From the NCBI GenBank assembly GCA_946539855.1, contig CAMNHV010000009.1:677-64676 (forward strand): a DNA stretch of 64,000 bases, written 5' to 3'. The translations under genes and the position numbers were made by a program. The notes under the pieces are model-generated. The model had not been told where the DNA came from. It did no database searches and saw only the letters and a list, made by a program, of their open reading frames with translations. Source of the DNA: an uncultured Lachnospiraceae bacterium. GTDB lineage: Bacteria; Bacillota; Clostridia; Lachnospirales; Lachnospiraceae. Positions 1-8,855 of this stretch are shown here, one piece after another (positions within the stretch are counted from its first letter, which is position 1; every line of letters starts with the position of its first letter).

Positions 1-1
1 C

Positions 2-1411
2 GTGGACTTCCTCGAGGCGTCGGGACAGGGGTACTGGCAGGTCCTGCCGATTGGCCCGACCGGCTTTGGCGACTCCCCTTACCAGCCGTTCTCGGCGTTC
101 GCGGGGAATCCCTACTTCGTGTCCCCGCAGCGGCTGATCGAAGACGGCCTGCTCACCTGGGACGAGGCGAGATCCTTCGACTTCGGTCACGACCAGGAGC
201 GCGTCGACTACGGCGCCCTGTACCAGGGACGAAACGATCTGCTGAAGATCGCTTACGGGCGGTTCCTCGCAGCCGGAAAAGAAGAGAAGGAGTTCAAGGA
301 ATTCTGCGAGAAGCAGGCTTACTGGCTGGACGACTACGCCCTCTTCATGACGATCAAGCAGCTCATGGACTCAAAGAGCTGGATGGACTGGGACGAAGAA
401 TATAAGACGAGAAAGCGCGCTGCCCTTACCGCCGTGCGCAAAGAGAACGCGGAGCAGTTCGACTTCTTCCGCTTCGTGCAGTACGAGTTCCAGAAGCAGT
501 GGGAAGGCCTGCACGAGTACGCGGTGAAGAAGCAGGTGAAGGTCATCGGCGACCTGCCGTTCTACGTCTCCCTCGACAGCGCCGACGTCTGGGCGCACCC
601 GGAAGTGTTCCGGATGCAGAAGGACCTCGTGCCGGAGGTCGTGGCGGGGTGCCCGCCGGACGCGTTCTCCGCGACCGGGCAGCTCTGGGGCAATCCGGTC
701 TACGACTGGAAGGCGCTGAAGAAGGCCGGCTACGGCTGGTGGGTCGACCGGATCCGCAGGAACTGCGAGTTCTTCGACGTCATCCGGATCGATCATTTCC
801 ACGGCTTTGCCGAGTACTACGCCGTGCCGTACGGCGCGGAGAACGCGGCGGCCGGAACGCATGAGAAGGGGCCGGGGATGGACCTTTTCCGTGCCCTTAA
901 AAAGGAGCTTGGCGAGGTCTCCATCATCGCGGAGGACCTCGGGACCAATACGCCGGAGAACGAGAAGCTCCTCGCGGAGAGCGGCTTCCCGGGCATGAAG
1001 GTGCTGCAGTACGCGTTCACGAGCTGGAACAGCTACTACGTGAACCACAGACACACGAAGAACAGCGTCGTCTACACCGGGACGCACGACAACACGACGC
1101 TCCGGGCCTGGGTCGAGGAGATCCAGAACGACCAGCGCGACTTCTGCAGAAGATACATCAATTCCATGAACTCGGATTACGGCGCGCTCACGTGGGACCT
1201 GATCCGCGAGGCTTACCGCTCGGTCGCGGACCTGTGCATCATCCCGCTGCAGGACTATCTGGTCCTCGGGAAAGAGGCACGCATCAACAGCCCCGGCATG
1301 CCGGACGGCAACTGGCAGTGGAGACTGCGCCCGCATTTCCTGTCGCAGGACCTCTCCCGGAGCATCCGGGACCTGGCCGCGCTGTACGACAGGCTGCCGA
1401 AGGCGGAGTGA
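2..1411 (+). CDS. malQ: 4-alpha-glucanotransferase (amylomaltase, GH77), 5'-truncated
   Basis: GH77 motifs WQVLPIGPTG, SPYQPFSAFAGNP, GDLP(F)YV, GQLWGNPVYDW, RIDHF, IAEDLG, YTGTHDN. Confidence 0.95.
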   Translation: MDFLEASGQGYWQVLPIGPTGFGDSPYQPFSAFAGNPYFVSPQRLIEDGLLTWDEARSFDFGHDQERVDYGALYQGRNDLLKIAYGRFLAAGKEEKEFKEFCEKQAYWLDDYALFMTIKQLMDSKSWMDWDEEYKTRKRAALTAVRKENAEQFDFFRFVQYEFQKQWEGLHEYAVKKQVKVIGDLPFYVSLDSADVWAHPEVFRMQKDLVPEVVAGCPPDAFSATGQLWGNPVYDWKALKKAGYGWWVDRIRRNCEFFDVIRIDHFHGFAEYYAVPYGAENAAAGTHEKGPGMDLFRALKKELGEVSIIAEDLGTNTPENEKLLAESGFPGMKVLQYAFTSWNSYYVNHRHTKNSVVYTGTHDNTTLRAWVEEIQNDQRDFCRRYINSMNSDYGALTWDLIREAYRSVADLCIIPLQDYLVLGKEARINSPGMPDGNWQWRLRPHFLSQDLSRSIRDLAALYDRLPKAE

Positions 1412-1432
1412 CGAAGAGGAGGCCAAAGACCC

Positions 1433-1999
1433 ATGGCAGAGGAATACACGAACTACAAGAGACTGAACAGAACGCCGGTGCATCACGGCGCGATCATCGA
1501 CTACTACACGGATGAGGTGCAGCTTCCGGACGGCCGCACGGAGATGTGGGACTTCATCGACCACAAGGGCGCGGCGGCAGCGGTCGCGGTGCTGGACGAC
1601 GGAAGGCTCGTCATGGTGCGGCAGTTCCGCAACGCGCTGGACCGGCTGACGCTGGAGCTTCCGGCGGGCGGGCTGCAGTACAGGGGAGAGCCGACGCTGG
1701 ATGCGGCGCGGCGCGAACTGAAGGAGGAGACCGGCTATGCCGCTACCTCCATGGAGCTGCTCCTGAACCTGCGCACGACGGTCGCGTTCTGCAACGAGAA
1801 GATCGATATCTATCTGGCAAAAGGGCTTGTCCGCGGGCAGCAGCATCTGGATGACGACGAGTACCTGGGCGTCGAGATCCACGACCTCGAGGAGCTGAAG
1901 GGGATGATCTTCCGCGGCGAGATCGAGGACGCGAAGACGATCGCGGGGATCCTCGCCTACGCGGACCGGCTCAGGGAAGAAGAATCCCGGCGCGGCTGA
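1433..1999 (+). CDS. Nudix hydrolase, ADP-ribose/ADP-sugar pyrophosphatase (NudF-like)
   Basis: Nudix box ELPAGG...AARRELKEETG; VRQFR; C-terminal I.DAKT.AG typical of NudF. Confidence 0.9.
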   Translation: MAEEYTNYKRLNRTPVHHGAIIDYYTDEVQLPDGRTEMWDFIDHKGAAAAVAVLDDGRLVMVRQFRNALDRLTLELPAGGLQYRGEPTLDAARRELKEETGYAATSMELLLNLRTTVAFCNEKIDIYLAKGLVRGQQHLDDDEYLGVEIHDLEELKGMIFRGEIEDAKTIAGILAYADRLREEESRRG

Positions 2000-2029
2000 G
2001 AACAAGGAATACGAAGAGAAGGGCATCTA

Positions 2030-2038
2030 TGGTATAAT
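2030..2038 (+). promoter_or_regulatory. Extended -10 promoter element (TGgTATAAT) upstream of glgA
   Basis: Perfect TATAAT preceded by TGn in an AT-rich intergenic gap. Confidence 0.6.
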
Positions 2039-2079
2039 ACTTTTGCAAGCATTTTTGTTGATGCATGGGGGTGCAACAA

Positions 2080-3528
2080 GTGAAAAATATTTTATTTGCG
2101 GCGTCGGAAGGCGTCCCTTTCATTAAGTCCGGCGGTCTGGCCGACGTCGTCGGTTCTCTTCCGAAGGAACTCGATCATGAGTACTATGACGTGCGCGTCC
2201 TGATGCCGAAGTACGCCTGCATGAAGCAGGAAGTCAAAGACAGGATGACGTATCTCACGAGTTTCTACATGGACTTTGACTGGCAGAGCATGTACGTCGG
2301 GATCCTGACGGCACAGGCGGACGGAGTCACTTATTATTTCATCGATAATGAGGACTTCTTCAACACACAGAAGATTTACACGGACGATGCACTGTTCGAG
2401 ATCAGGCGGTATGCCTTTTTCTCAAAGGCGGCGCTCTCCGCGCTGCCGGTGATCGGCTTCCGGCCCGACATCATCCACTGCCACGACTGGCAGACCGGCC
2501 TGATCCCTGTCTATCTCCAGGAGAGATTCCAGGACAACGAGTTCTATCACGGGATCAAGACGATCATGACGATCCACAACCTGAAATTCCAGGGTAAGTG
2601 GAACGTGCAGGACGTCGAGAACATTACGGGCCTCTCGGGCTATTACTTCACGCCCGACAAGCTGGAGGCGTACAAGGACGCGAACCTGTTAAAGGGCGGC
2701 CTCGTCTACGCGAACGCGATCACGACGGTCTCGCCGACCTACGCGGAGGAGATCAAGACGCCGTTCTACGGCGAGGGCCTCGACGGGCTGCTGAACGCCA
2801 GATCGCACGACCTGCGCGGCATCCTGAACGGCATCGACTACGACACGTTCAATCCCACGACGGACACGCGGATCGCAAAGCCTTACGACGCGGAGAACTT
2901 CCGCAAGGAGAAGGTGAAGAACAAGATCGCGCTCCAGAAGGAACTGGGCCTGAAGGAAGATCCGAAGTGCTTCATGATCGGCATCGTCTCCAGACTGACC
3001 GACCAGAAGGGATTCGACCTGATCGCGTATGTGCTCGAAGAGATGCTGAATACGGACGCGATCCAGATCGTCGTCCTCGGCACGGGAGAAGAGCGCTACG
3101 AGAACATGTTCCGGTACTTCGACTGGAAGTATCACGACAAGATCTCCGCGAACATCTACTACTCGGAGGACCTGTCCCACAAGATCTACGCCTCCTCCGA
3201 CGCGTTCCTGATGCCGTCGCTCTTTGAGCCCTGCGGACTCAGCCAGCTGATGGCGCTGCGCTACGGCACGATCCCGATCGTGAGAGAGACGGGCGGACTG
3301 AAAGACACTGTCATGCCGTACAACCAGTACGAGGGAACAGGAACCGGATTCACATTTGCAAACTACAACGCGCATGAGATGATGAACACGATCCGTTACG
3401 CGGAGCAGGTCTACTACGACCGCAAGCGCGACTGGAACAAGATCGTCGACCGCGCGATGGCAGCCGATTTCTCGTGGAAGGTCTCCGCGGGACAGTACCA
3501 GGTCATGTACGACTGGCTGATCGGCTGA
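2080..3528 (+). CDS. glgA: Glycogen synthase (GT5)
   Basis: KSGGLADV motif, IHCHDWQTG, TIHNLKFQG, MPSLFEPCGLSQL, TGGLKDTV; GTG start at 2080 preferred over ATG 2065. Confidence 0.96.
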   Translation: MKNILFAASEGVPFIKSGGLADVVGSLPKELDHEYYDVRVLMPKYACMKQEVKDRMTYLTSFYMDFDWQSMYVGILTAQADGVTYYFIDNEDFFNTQKIYTDDALFEIRRYAFFSKAALSALPVIGFRPDIIHCHDWQTGLIPVYLQERFQDNEFYHGIKTIMTIHNLKFQGKWNVQDVENITGLSGYYFTPDKLEAYKDANLLKGGLVYANAITTVSPTYAEEIKTPFYGEGLDGLLNARSHDLRGILNGIDYDTFNPTTDTRIAKPYDAENFRKEKVKNKIALQKELGLKEDPKCFMIGIVSRLTDQKGFDLIAYVLEEMLNTDAIQIVVLGTGEERYENMFRYFDWKYHDKISANIYYSEDLSHKIYASSDAFLMPSLFEPCGLSQLMALRYGTIPIVRETGGLKDTVMPYNQYEGTGTGFTFANYNAHEMMNTIRYAEQVYYDRKRDWNKIVDRAMAADFSWKVSAGQYQVMYDWLIG

Positions 3529-3553
3529 CGGGCAGCTGCCCATCGGGCTTTTC

Positions 3554-5200
3554 ATGACAAAGAACAACAGTAACGACGGAGTATTTGTGCAGGCCGGGAT
3601 TCTGGCCGCCGCGAGCATCGCGGTCAGGATCATCGGCCTGCTTTATCGGTCGCCCCTCACGGCGATCATCGGAGATGAGGGCAATGGCTATTACGGCACT
3701 GCCTATAATATCTATACCATCATTCTTCTGATCTCATCCTACAGCGTCCCATCGGCGATCTCGAAGGTCATGGCGGAGAAACTCGCGCTGGAGCAGTACA
3801 AGAACGCACAGCGCGTATTTTACTGCGCCCTCGCGTACGCACTCATGGTGGGTGCTGCGGCAGGCCTGTTCCTGTTCTTCGGCGCCGGGATCCTGGTGCC
3901 GGAGCTCTGCGTCCCGGTCCTGAGAGTATTCGCGCCGACGATCTTCGTATTTGGAATCCTCGGCGTACTGCGCGGCTATTTCCAGGCGCGCAGAACGATG
4001 GTCCCCACTTCGGTCTCGCAGATCCTCGAGCAGATCGCGAACGCGGTCGTCAGCATCGGGGCGGCGTGGCTCCTCATGAGAGGCGCAGCCGAAGGGACGG
4101 AAGGCGCCCTGCGCGGCGCGGTCGGCAGCGCGCTGGGAACGGGCTCCGGCGTCGTCATCGCGCTCATCTTCATGCTGTACTGCTTCCGCGCACAGCGGGG
4201 AGAGATGAGAGCGCAGATCCGCCAGGACATGGGCCCTGCGGCGTCCTACGGCAGGATCATGAAGGAGACGATGCTCGCGATCACGCCTTTTATCCTGAGC
4301 AGCTTCATCCTGAACCTGACGACGTCGCTGAACCAGACGATCTTCCTGCGTGAGGTCATTCAGAGCGGGACGATGACCGACATCGAGGCGACGACGATCT
4401 ACGGAATCTTCTCGAACAAAGCGGTCGTCATCACGAACATCCCGATCTCGATCGCGACGGCGGTCGCGGCGGCGATCATTCCCGGCATCTCGACCGCATA
4501 CGCGCGTATGGACATGGAGGAGACGAAGGCGCACGCCTCGAACGCCTCCCGCATCACGCTGATGATCGCGATCCCCTGCGCGGCGGGACTCATGTCGCTG
4601 GCGATGCCGGTGATGTTCCTGCTCTTCCCGCAGAGGGCGTCCGCACAGACGGCGTCGCAGCTGCTGGCCCTTCTCGCCGTGACGGTCGTGTTCTATTCTG
4701 TGTCGACCGTGACGAACGCGGTCCTGCAGGCGATCGGAAAGATGCACATGCCGCTGGTCAGCGCGGGCATCGCGCTCGTCGTCCAGACGGCCTTGCTCGT
4801 CCTGCTGCTGAAGTTCACGGATCTAGGGATCTATTCCCTGGTGCTTGTCAGCGTCGTCTATTCCGTGCTGATCTTCCTGATGAACGAATTCTTCCTGAAG
4901 CGCTACCTCGGCACGAAGCCGGGTGTGGCACGCGTTTATGGCGCGCCTGTCCTCGCGGCGGCCCTGATGGGAGCTGCAGCTTACGGCATTTATCAGGCGT
5001 TCTCGCGCCTGCTTCTCGCGGCTGGAATGCACTCTGACTACTTCAGGAACGCGGCGGCGATCGTTCCCGCGATCCTCGCGGCGATCGTCCTGTACTTCTT
5101 CCTCCTGATCCGCTTCAAGGCGATCGGAGAGGAGGATTTCGGAATGCTGCCGAAGGGGCGGGTCCTCGTGCGTTTATTGAAAAAACTCCGCTGGCTCTAA
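3554..5200 (+). CDS. Polysaccharide biosynthesis / MurJ-SpoVB family MOP flippase
   Basis: About 14 TM segments; GLLYRSPL..IIGDEGNG.YG.AY, RGYFQ, SQILEQI motifs of the SpoVB/YabM/MurJ family. Confidence 0.85.
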   Translation: MTKNNSNDGVFVQAGILAAASIAVRIIGLLYRSPLTAIIGDEGNGYYGTAYNIYTIILLISSYSVPSAISKVMAEKLALEQYKNAQRVFYCALAYALMVGAAAGLFLFFGAGILVPELCVPVLRVFAPTIFVFGILGVLRGYFQARRTMVPTSVSQILEQIANAVVSIGAAWLLMRGAAEGTEGALRGAVGSALGTGSGVVIALIFMLYCFRAQRGEMRAQIRQDMGPAASYGRIMKETMLAITPFILSSFILNLTTSLNQTIFLREVIQSGTMTDIEATTIYGIFSNKAVVITNIPISIATAVAAAIIPGISTAYARMDMEETKAHASNASRITLMIAIPCAAGLMSLAMPVMFLLFPQRASAQTASQLLALLAVTVVFYSVSTVTNAVLQAIGKMHMPLVSAGIALVVQTALLVLLLKFTDLGIYSLVLVSVVYSVLIFLMNEFFLKRYLGTKPGVARVYGAPVLAAALMGAAAYGIYQAFSRLLLAAGMHSDYFRNAAAIVPAILAAIVLYFFLLIRFKAIGEEDFGMLPKGRVLVRLLKKLRWL

Positions 5201-5350
5201 GCTTTATCGGCACAGCCCTGAGCATAAGGCCCGCGGCAGGGAATCAAAAGACCGGTCGCCGGGGATCACAACGTGGAATTAGACAGAAATCATACGACCG
5301 GCGATGGCCGGTGATCATGGTACCGGCGTTCGCCGGGGAAGGAATGATAA

Positions 5351-7141
5351 ATGGCATTTGACGGCATCACGACGGCCTGCCTCGCGCACGAGCTCTCGGA
5401 GCGCCTGCTGGACGGGCGGATCGTGAAGATCGCACAGACGGAGAGCGACGAACTGCTGCTCTCCATAAAACCGTCTCCCGCAAGGGGCGGCGGACAGGTC
5501 CGCCTGTATCTCTCGGCGAACCCGTCGCTGCCGCTCGTCTACCTGACGGATGAGAGCCGGCAGGCGCCCCTCACAGCGCCGGCCTTCTGCATGCTGCTCC
5601 GCAAGCACCTCATGAGCGGGAAGATCACCGGCGTGTCGCAGCCCGCACTGGAGCGGATCCTGCGGTTCGAGGTCGAGCATTACAACGAGATGGGAGACCT
5701 GTGCACGCACACGCTCGTGATCGAGCTGATGGGCAAGCATTCCAACATCATCCTCACGGACGGCGAGGACGTGATCACGGACAGCATCAAGCACATCTCC
5801 CAGATGGTGAGTTCCGTGCGCGAAGTGCTGCCCGGACGAACATACTTCATCCCCGAGACCCAGGGCCGGACGGACCCGTTCCTGGAGACCGAGGAATTCT
5901 TCTGCGCAAAGCTGGCAGAGACCGAGATGCCGCCGGCATCCGTTCTTTCCCGCAGCTATATGGGGATCTCCCAGGTGATGGCGCAGGAGCTCTGCTTCCG
6001 CGCGGGCGTGGATCACGACCGCTCCGCCGGCGCGATGACCGGCGAGGAGGCAAAAGCACTTTGGCGCGCCTTCCACGGACTCCTGGATGAAGTGAAGAAT
6101 GGAAGTTTCACGCCCTCTGTCTACTGCGGGATCCGCGGTGGAGACAGAGAGGAGCCGCAGGAATACGCGGCGGTGCCGCTCACGATGCTGGAGGAGAATC
6201 CGGGCGTCCTTGTGAAGCGGTATGACACCGTCAGCGAGCTCCTGGAGTCCTATTACCGGGAGAAGAACATCAGGACCAGGATCCGGCAGAAGTCGGCGGA
6301 CCTGCGCAGGATCACAAGCACGGCACTCGAGAGAACGTCGCACAAGCTCGATCTGCAGACGAAGCAGATGGAGGACACCGAGAAGCGGGAGAAGTACCGG
6401 CTCTACGGCGAGCTCCTCACCGCGTACGGACACGGCATTCCCGCCGGCGCGAAGGACTGCGAGGTCGACAACTACTATACAGGTGAAAAGGTCCGCATCC
6501 GCCTGGACGAGACTTTGACCGCCTCCCAGAACGCGCAGCGCTACTTTGACCGCTACGCGAAGCTGAAGCGCACGGCGCAGGCGCTGGAGAGCCTCCTCGA
6601 GGAGACGAGGACGCGCAAGGCCCAGCTCGAGATGATCCAGCTCTCGCTGGACATGGCGCAGACGGAAGGCGACCTCATCCAGGTCCGGCAGGAGCTTGAG
6701 CAGGAAGGCTTCGTGAAGCGCACGGCAGTCTCCCGGAAGGGGAAGGAGCGGAGCGCCGAAGGCAAGCCGATGCACTATGTGAGCAGCGACGGCTATGACC
6801 TGTACGTCGGGCGCAACAACATCCAGAATGACCAGATCAGCTTCCATCTGGCGGCGCCGTCGGACATCTGGTTCCACGCGAACGACATCCCCGGATCGCA
6901 CGTGATCCTGAAGACGAACGGGGAGAAGATGGACGACATCCCCGACCGCGTATTCGAGGAGGCAGCCTCGCTTGCCGCGTGGTACTCGAAGGGACGGGAG
7001 CAGAGCACGGTGGAGATCGACTATCTGGAGCGGCGCCACCTGAAGAAGCCGGCCGGCGCGGCGCCGGGCTTCGTCGTCTACTACACGAACTACTCGATCC
7101 GCGCGAAGGCGGATATCTCAGCACTCAAGCAGGTGCCGTAA
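5351..7141 (+). CDS. rqcH: NFACT-family ribosome quality control protein RqcH/Rqc2 (FbpA-like)
   Basis: MAFDG N-terminus, FCMLLRKHL, IELMGKHSNIIL, NAQRYFDRYAKLK coiled coil, GRNN.QND and WFHA..IPGSHV (NFACT-R). Confidence 0.92.
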   Translation: MAFDGITTACLAHELSERLLDGRIVKIAQTESDELLLSIKPSPARGGGQVRLYLSANPSLPLVYLTDESRQAPLTAPAFCMLLRKHLMSGKITGVSQPALERILRFEVEHYNEMGDLCTHTLVIELMGKHSNIILTDGEDVITDSIKHISQMVSSVREVLPGRTYFIPETQGRTDPFLETEEFFCAKLAETEMPPASVLSRSYMGISQVMAQELCFRAGVDHDRSAGAMTGEEAKALWRAFHGLLDEVKNGSFTPSVYCGIRGGDREEPQEYAAVPLTMLEENPGVLVKRYDTVSELLESYYREKNIRTRIRQKSADLRRITSTALERTSHKLDLQTKQMEDTEKREKYRLYGELLTAYGHGIPAGAKDCEVDNYYTGEKVRIRLDETLTASQNAQRYFDRYAKLKRTAQALESLLEETRTRKAQLEMIQLSLDMAQTEGDLIQVRQELEQEGFVKRTAVSRKGKERSAEGKPMHYVSSDGYDLYVGRNNIQNDQISFHLAAPSDIWFHANDIPGSHVILKTNGEKMDDIPDRVFEEAASLAAWYSKGREQSTVEIDYLERRHLKKPAGAAPGFVVYYTNYSIRAKADISALKQVP

Positions 7142-7158
7142 GCGTGAAAACGCCGCAT

Positions 7159-7187
7159 TTGCCAGATAGTTTGAAATTAGGTACAAT
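7159..7187 (+). promoter_or_regulatory. sigma-A-like promoter for the yloC operon
   Basis: TTGCCA-17 bp-TACAAT. Confidence 0.65.
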
Positions 7188-7231
7188 AAGATGTTGCTTT
7201 GCAGCAATATGGAAAGGTGGTCGTTAAAACT

Positions 7232-8110
7232 ATGATTCGCAGCATGACAGGATTCGGCCGCGCGGAGTCGGAGCGGGGAAACGACAAGTTCACAGTAGAG
7301 ATGAAGTCCGTGAACAACCGTTTTCTGGACGTCAGCGTGCGCATGCCGAAGATCTTCAACCCGTATGAGGCATCCCTGCGCGAGATCGTGAAGCGCTACG
7401 CGGAGCGGGGCAAGATCGACATCTATGTCAACTATGAGCATGAGGCGGGATCCGACGTCGTCGTCACCTACAACAGGGCGGTCGCGAAGCAGTATGCGGA
7501 CGCGCTGAAGGAGATGGCAGCGGAGCTCGGCATCGACGGAAGGATCGGCATTCACCAGCTCGCCGGCTATCCGGACGTCCTCGTCGTCAAGGAAGAGGAC
7601 CCGGACCAGGCGGCCCTCTGGGGCGATCTCCAGGCAGCCGTCGAGAGAGCGGCGGAGGAGTTCGTCGCGGCGCGTGAGAAGGAAGGCGCGTTCCTCGCGC
7701 AGGACATCCGCAAAAAACTCGACCTGATGCGCAGGGAAGTCGCTTTTATCCAGGACAGGGCGCCGGCCATCGTCGAGGAGTACCGCAGGCAGCTCACGGA
7801 GAAGGTCCAGAGCCTCCTCTCGGAAGGCGCGGTCGATGAGAACCGGATCGTGCAGGAAGTGACGATCTACGCGGACCGCGTCGCGGTCGACGAGGAGCTC
7901 GTCCGCTTGAAGAGCCACATCGAAGCCATGGACCATGAGCTCTCGAGAGAGGGAAGCATCGGCAAGAAGCTCGATTTCCTGGCACAGGAGATGAACCGCG
8001 AGTCCAACACGATCCTCTCGAAGTCGGACGACCTCGTGATCTCGGATCACGCGATCGAGCTCAAGACCTGCGTCGAGAAGATCAGGGAACAGGTCCAGAA
8101 TATTGAGTAA
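7232..8110 (+). CDS. yloC: YicC/YloC family endoribonuclease
   Basis: MIRSMTGFGR N-terminus, KSVNNRFLD, EELVRLKSH, GKKLDFLAQEMNRESNTILSK, EKIREQVQNIE. Confidence 0.93.
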   Translation: MIRSMTGFGRAESERGNDKFTVEMKSVNNRFLDVSVRMPKIFNPYEASLREIVKRYAERGKIDIYVNYEHEAGSDVVVTYNRAVAKQYADALKEMAAELGIDGRIGIHQLAGYPDVLVVKEEDPDQAALWGDLQAAVERAAEEFVAAREKEGAFLAQDIRKKLDLMRREVAFIQDRAPAIVEEYRRQLTEKVQSLLSEGAVDENRIVQEVTIYADRVAVDEELVRLKSHIEAMDHELSREGSIGKKLDFLAQEMNRESNTILSKSDDLVISDHAIELKTCVEKIREQVQNIE

Positions 8111-8414
8111 GCTGATCAACATCGGTTTCGGCAACATCGTGAACGCCGAGAAGATCATCGCGATCGTCTCCCCGGACGCCGCGCCGGTCCGCCGCCTCGT
8201 ATCGCGGGCCAAGGAGAGCGGACGGAGCGTGGACGCCACGCAGGGGCGAAAGACGAAAGCCGTCCTCGTGATGGAGGGCGATGAAGTGGTACTGTCGGCG
8301 CTGCTTCCGGAGACGATCCGGACGAGGGCGCTGCAGGAGGAGTACGGCATCCGGCAGACAGCCGCCGGGAAGACGGCGGAAGCTGCTTTGCACATCTATG
8401 AAAAGGAGACGTAA
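8103..8414 (+). CDS. remA: DUF370 / RemA family regulator
   Basis: LINIGFGNIV...IIAIVSPDAAPVRR, DATQGRKT.AV, LSAL.PET; TTG start overlaps yloC stop. Confidence 0.88.
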   Translation: MSKLINIGFGNIVNAEKIIAIVSPDAAPVRRLVSRAKESGRSVDATQGRKTKAVLVMEGDEVVLSALLPETIRTRALQEEYGIRQTAAGKTAEAALHIYEKET

Positions 8415-8420
8415 CAGAAA

Positions 8421-8855
8421 ATGATTCATCCTTCTTATGTAGACCTGATGAAAGTGGTCAATAAAGGCGTCGAGGAGGGCGAGACCCCGGTCATCAACAG
8501 CCGCTACTCGATCGTCATGGCGACGGCGAAGAGAGCGCGCCAGATCGTGGACGGCGACGACCCGATGATCGAAGGCGCCTACGGCAAAAAGCCCCTCTCC
8601 ATCGCAGTCGAAGAGCTGAACGAGGAGAAGATCCGGATCCTGTCCGAGGAAGACGCGGCAGCAGCTGATGCTGAAGCGAAGCTCGAGGCGGAGCGCCTGC
8701 GCGCATCGATCAGCGCGGCGGAAGCGGACGAGCTGCTGAGCGGCGAAGAGTTCTCTGAAGAAGAATCCGCGGAAGCGGAGACCGGCGCGGAAGCCGGGGC
8801 GGAAGAGAGCGACGAGGAGCCGGAAGAGACCGGGACGGAAGAAGAAGCAGAATGA
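8421..8855 (+). CDS. rpoZ: RNA polymerase omega subunit with long acidic C-terminal tail
   Basis: SRYSIVMATAKRARQI and KPLSIAVEEL motifs; E/A-rich tail. Confidence 0.9.
   Translation: MIHPSYVDLMKVVNKGVEEGETPVINSRYSIVMATAKRARQIVDGDDPMIEGAYGKKPLSIAVEELNEEKIRILSEEDAAAADAEAKLEAERLRASISAAEADELLSGEEFSEEESAEAETGAEAGAEESDEEPEETGTEEEAE

Noticed and set aside
2041-2060. cre/CcpA-like site upstream of glgA
   Set aside because: TGCAAGCATTTTTG lacks the central CG and the 3' half-site; too weak.
5201-5350. GC-rich inverted repeats (ACCGGC-gatg-GCCGGT; TCGCCGG/CCGGCGA) upstream of rqcH
   Set aside because: No riboswitch consensus or U-tract; short GC stems are expected at this base composition.
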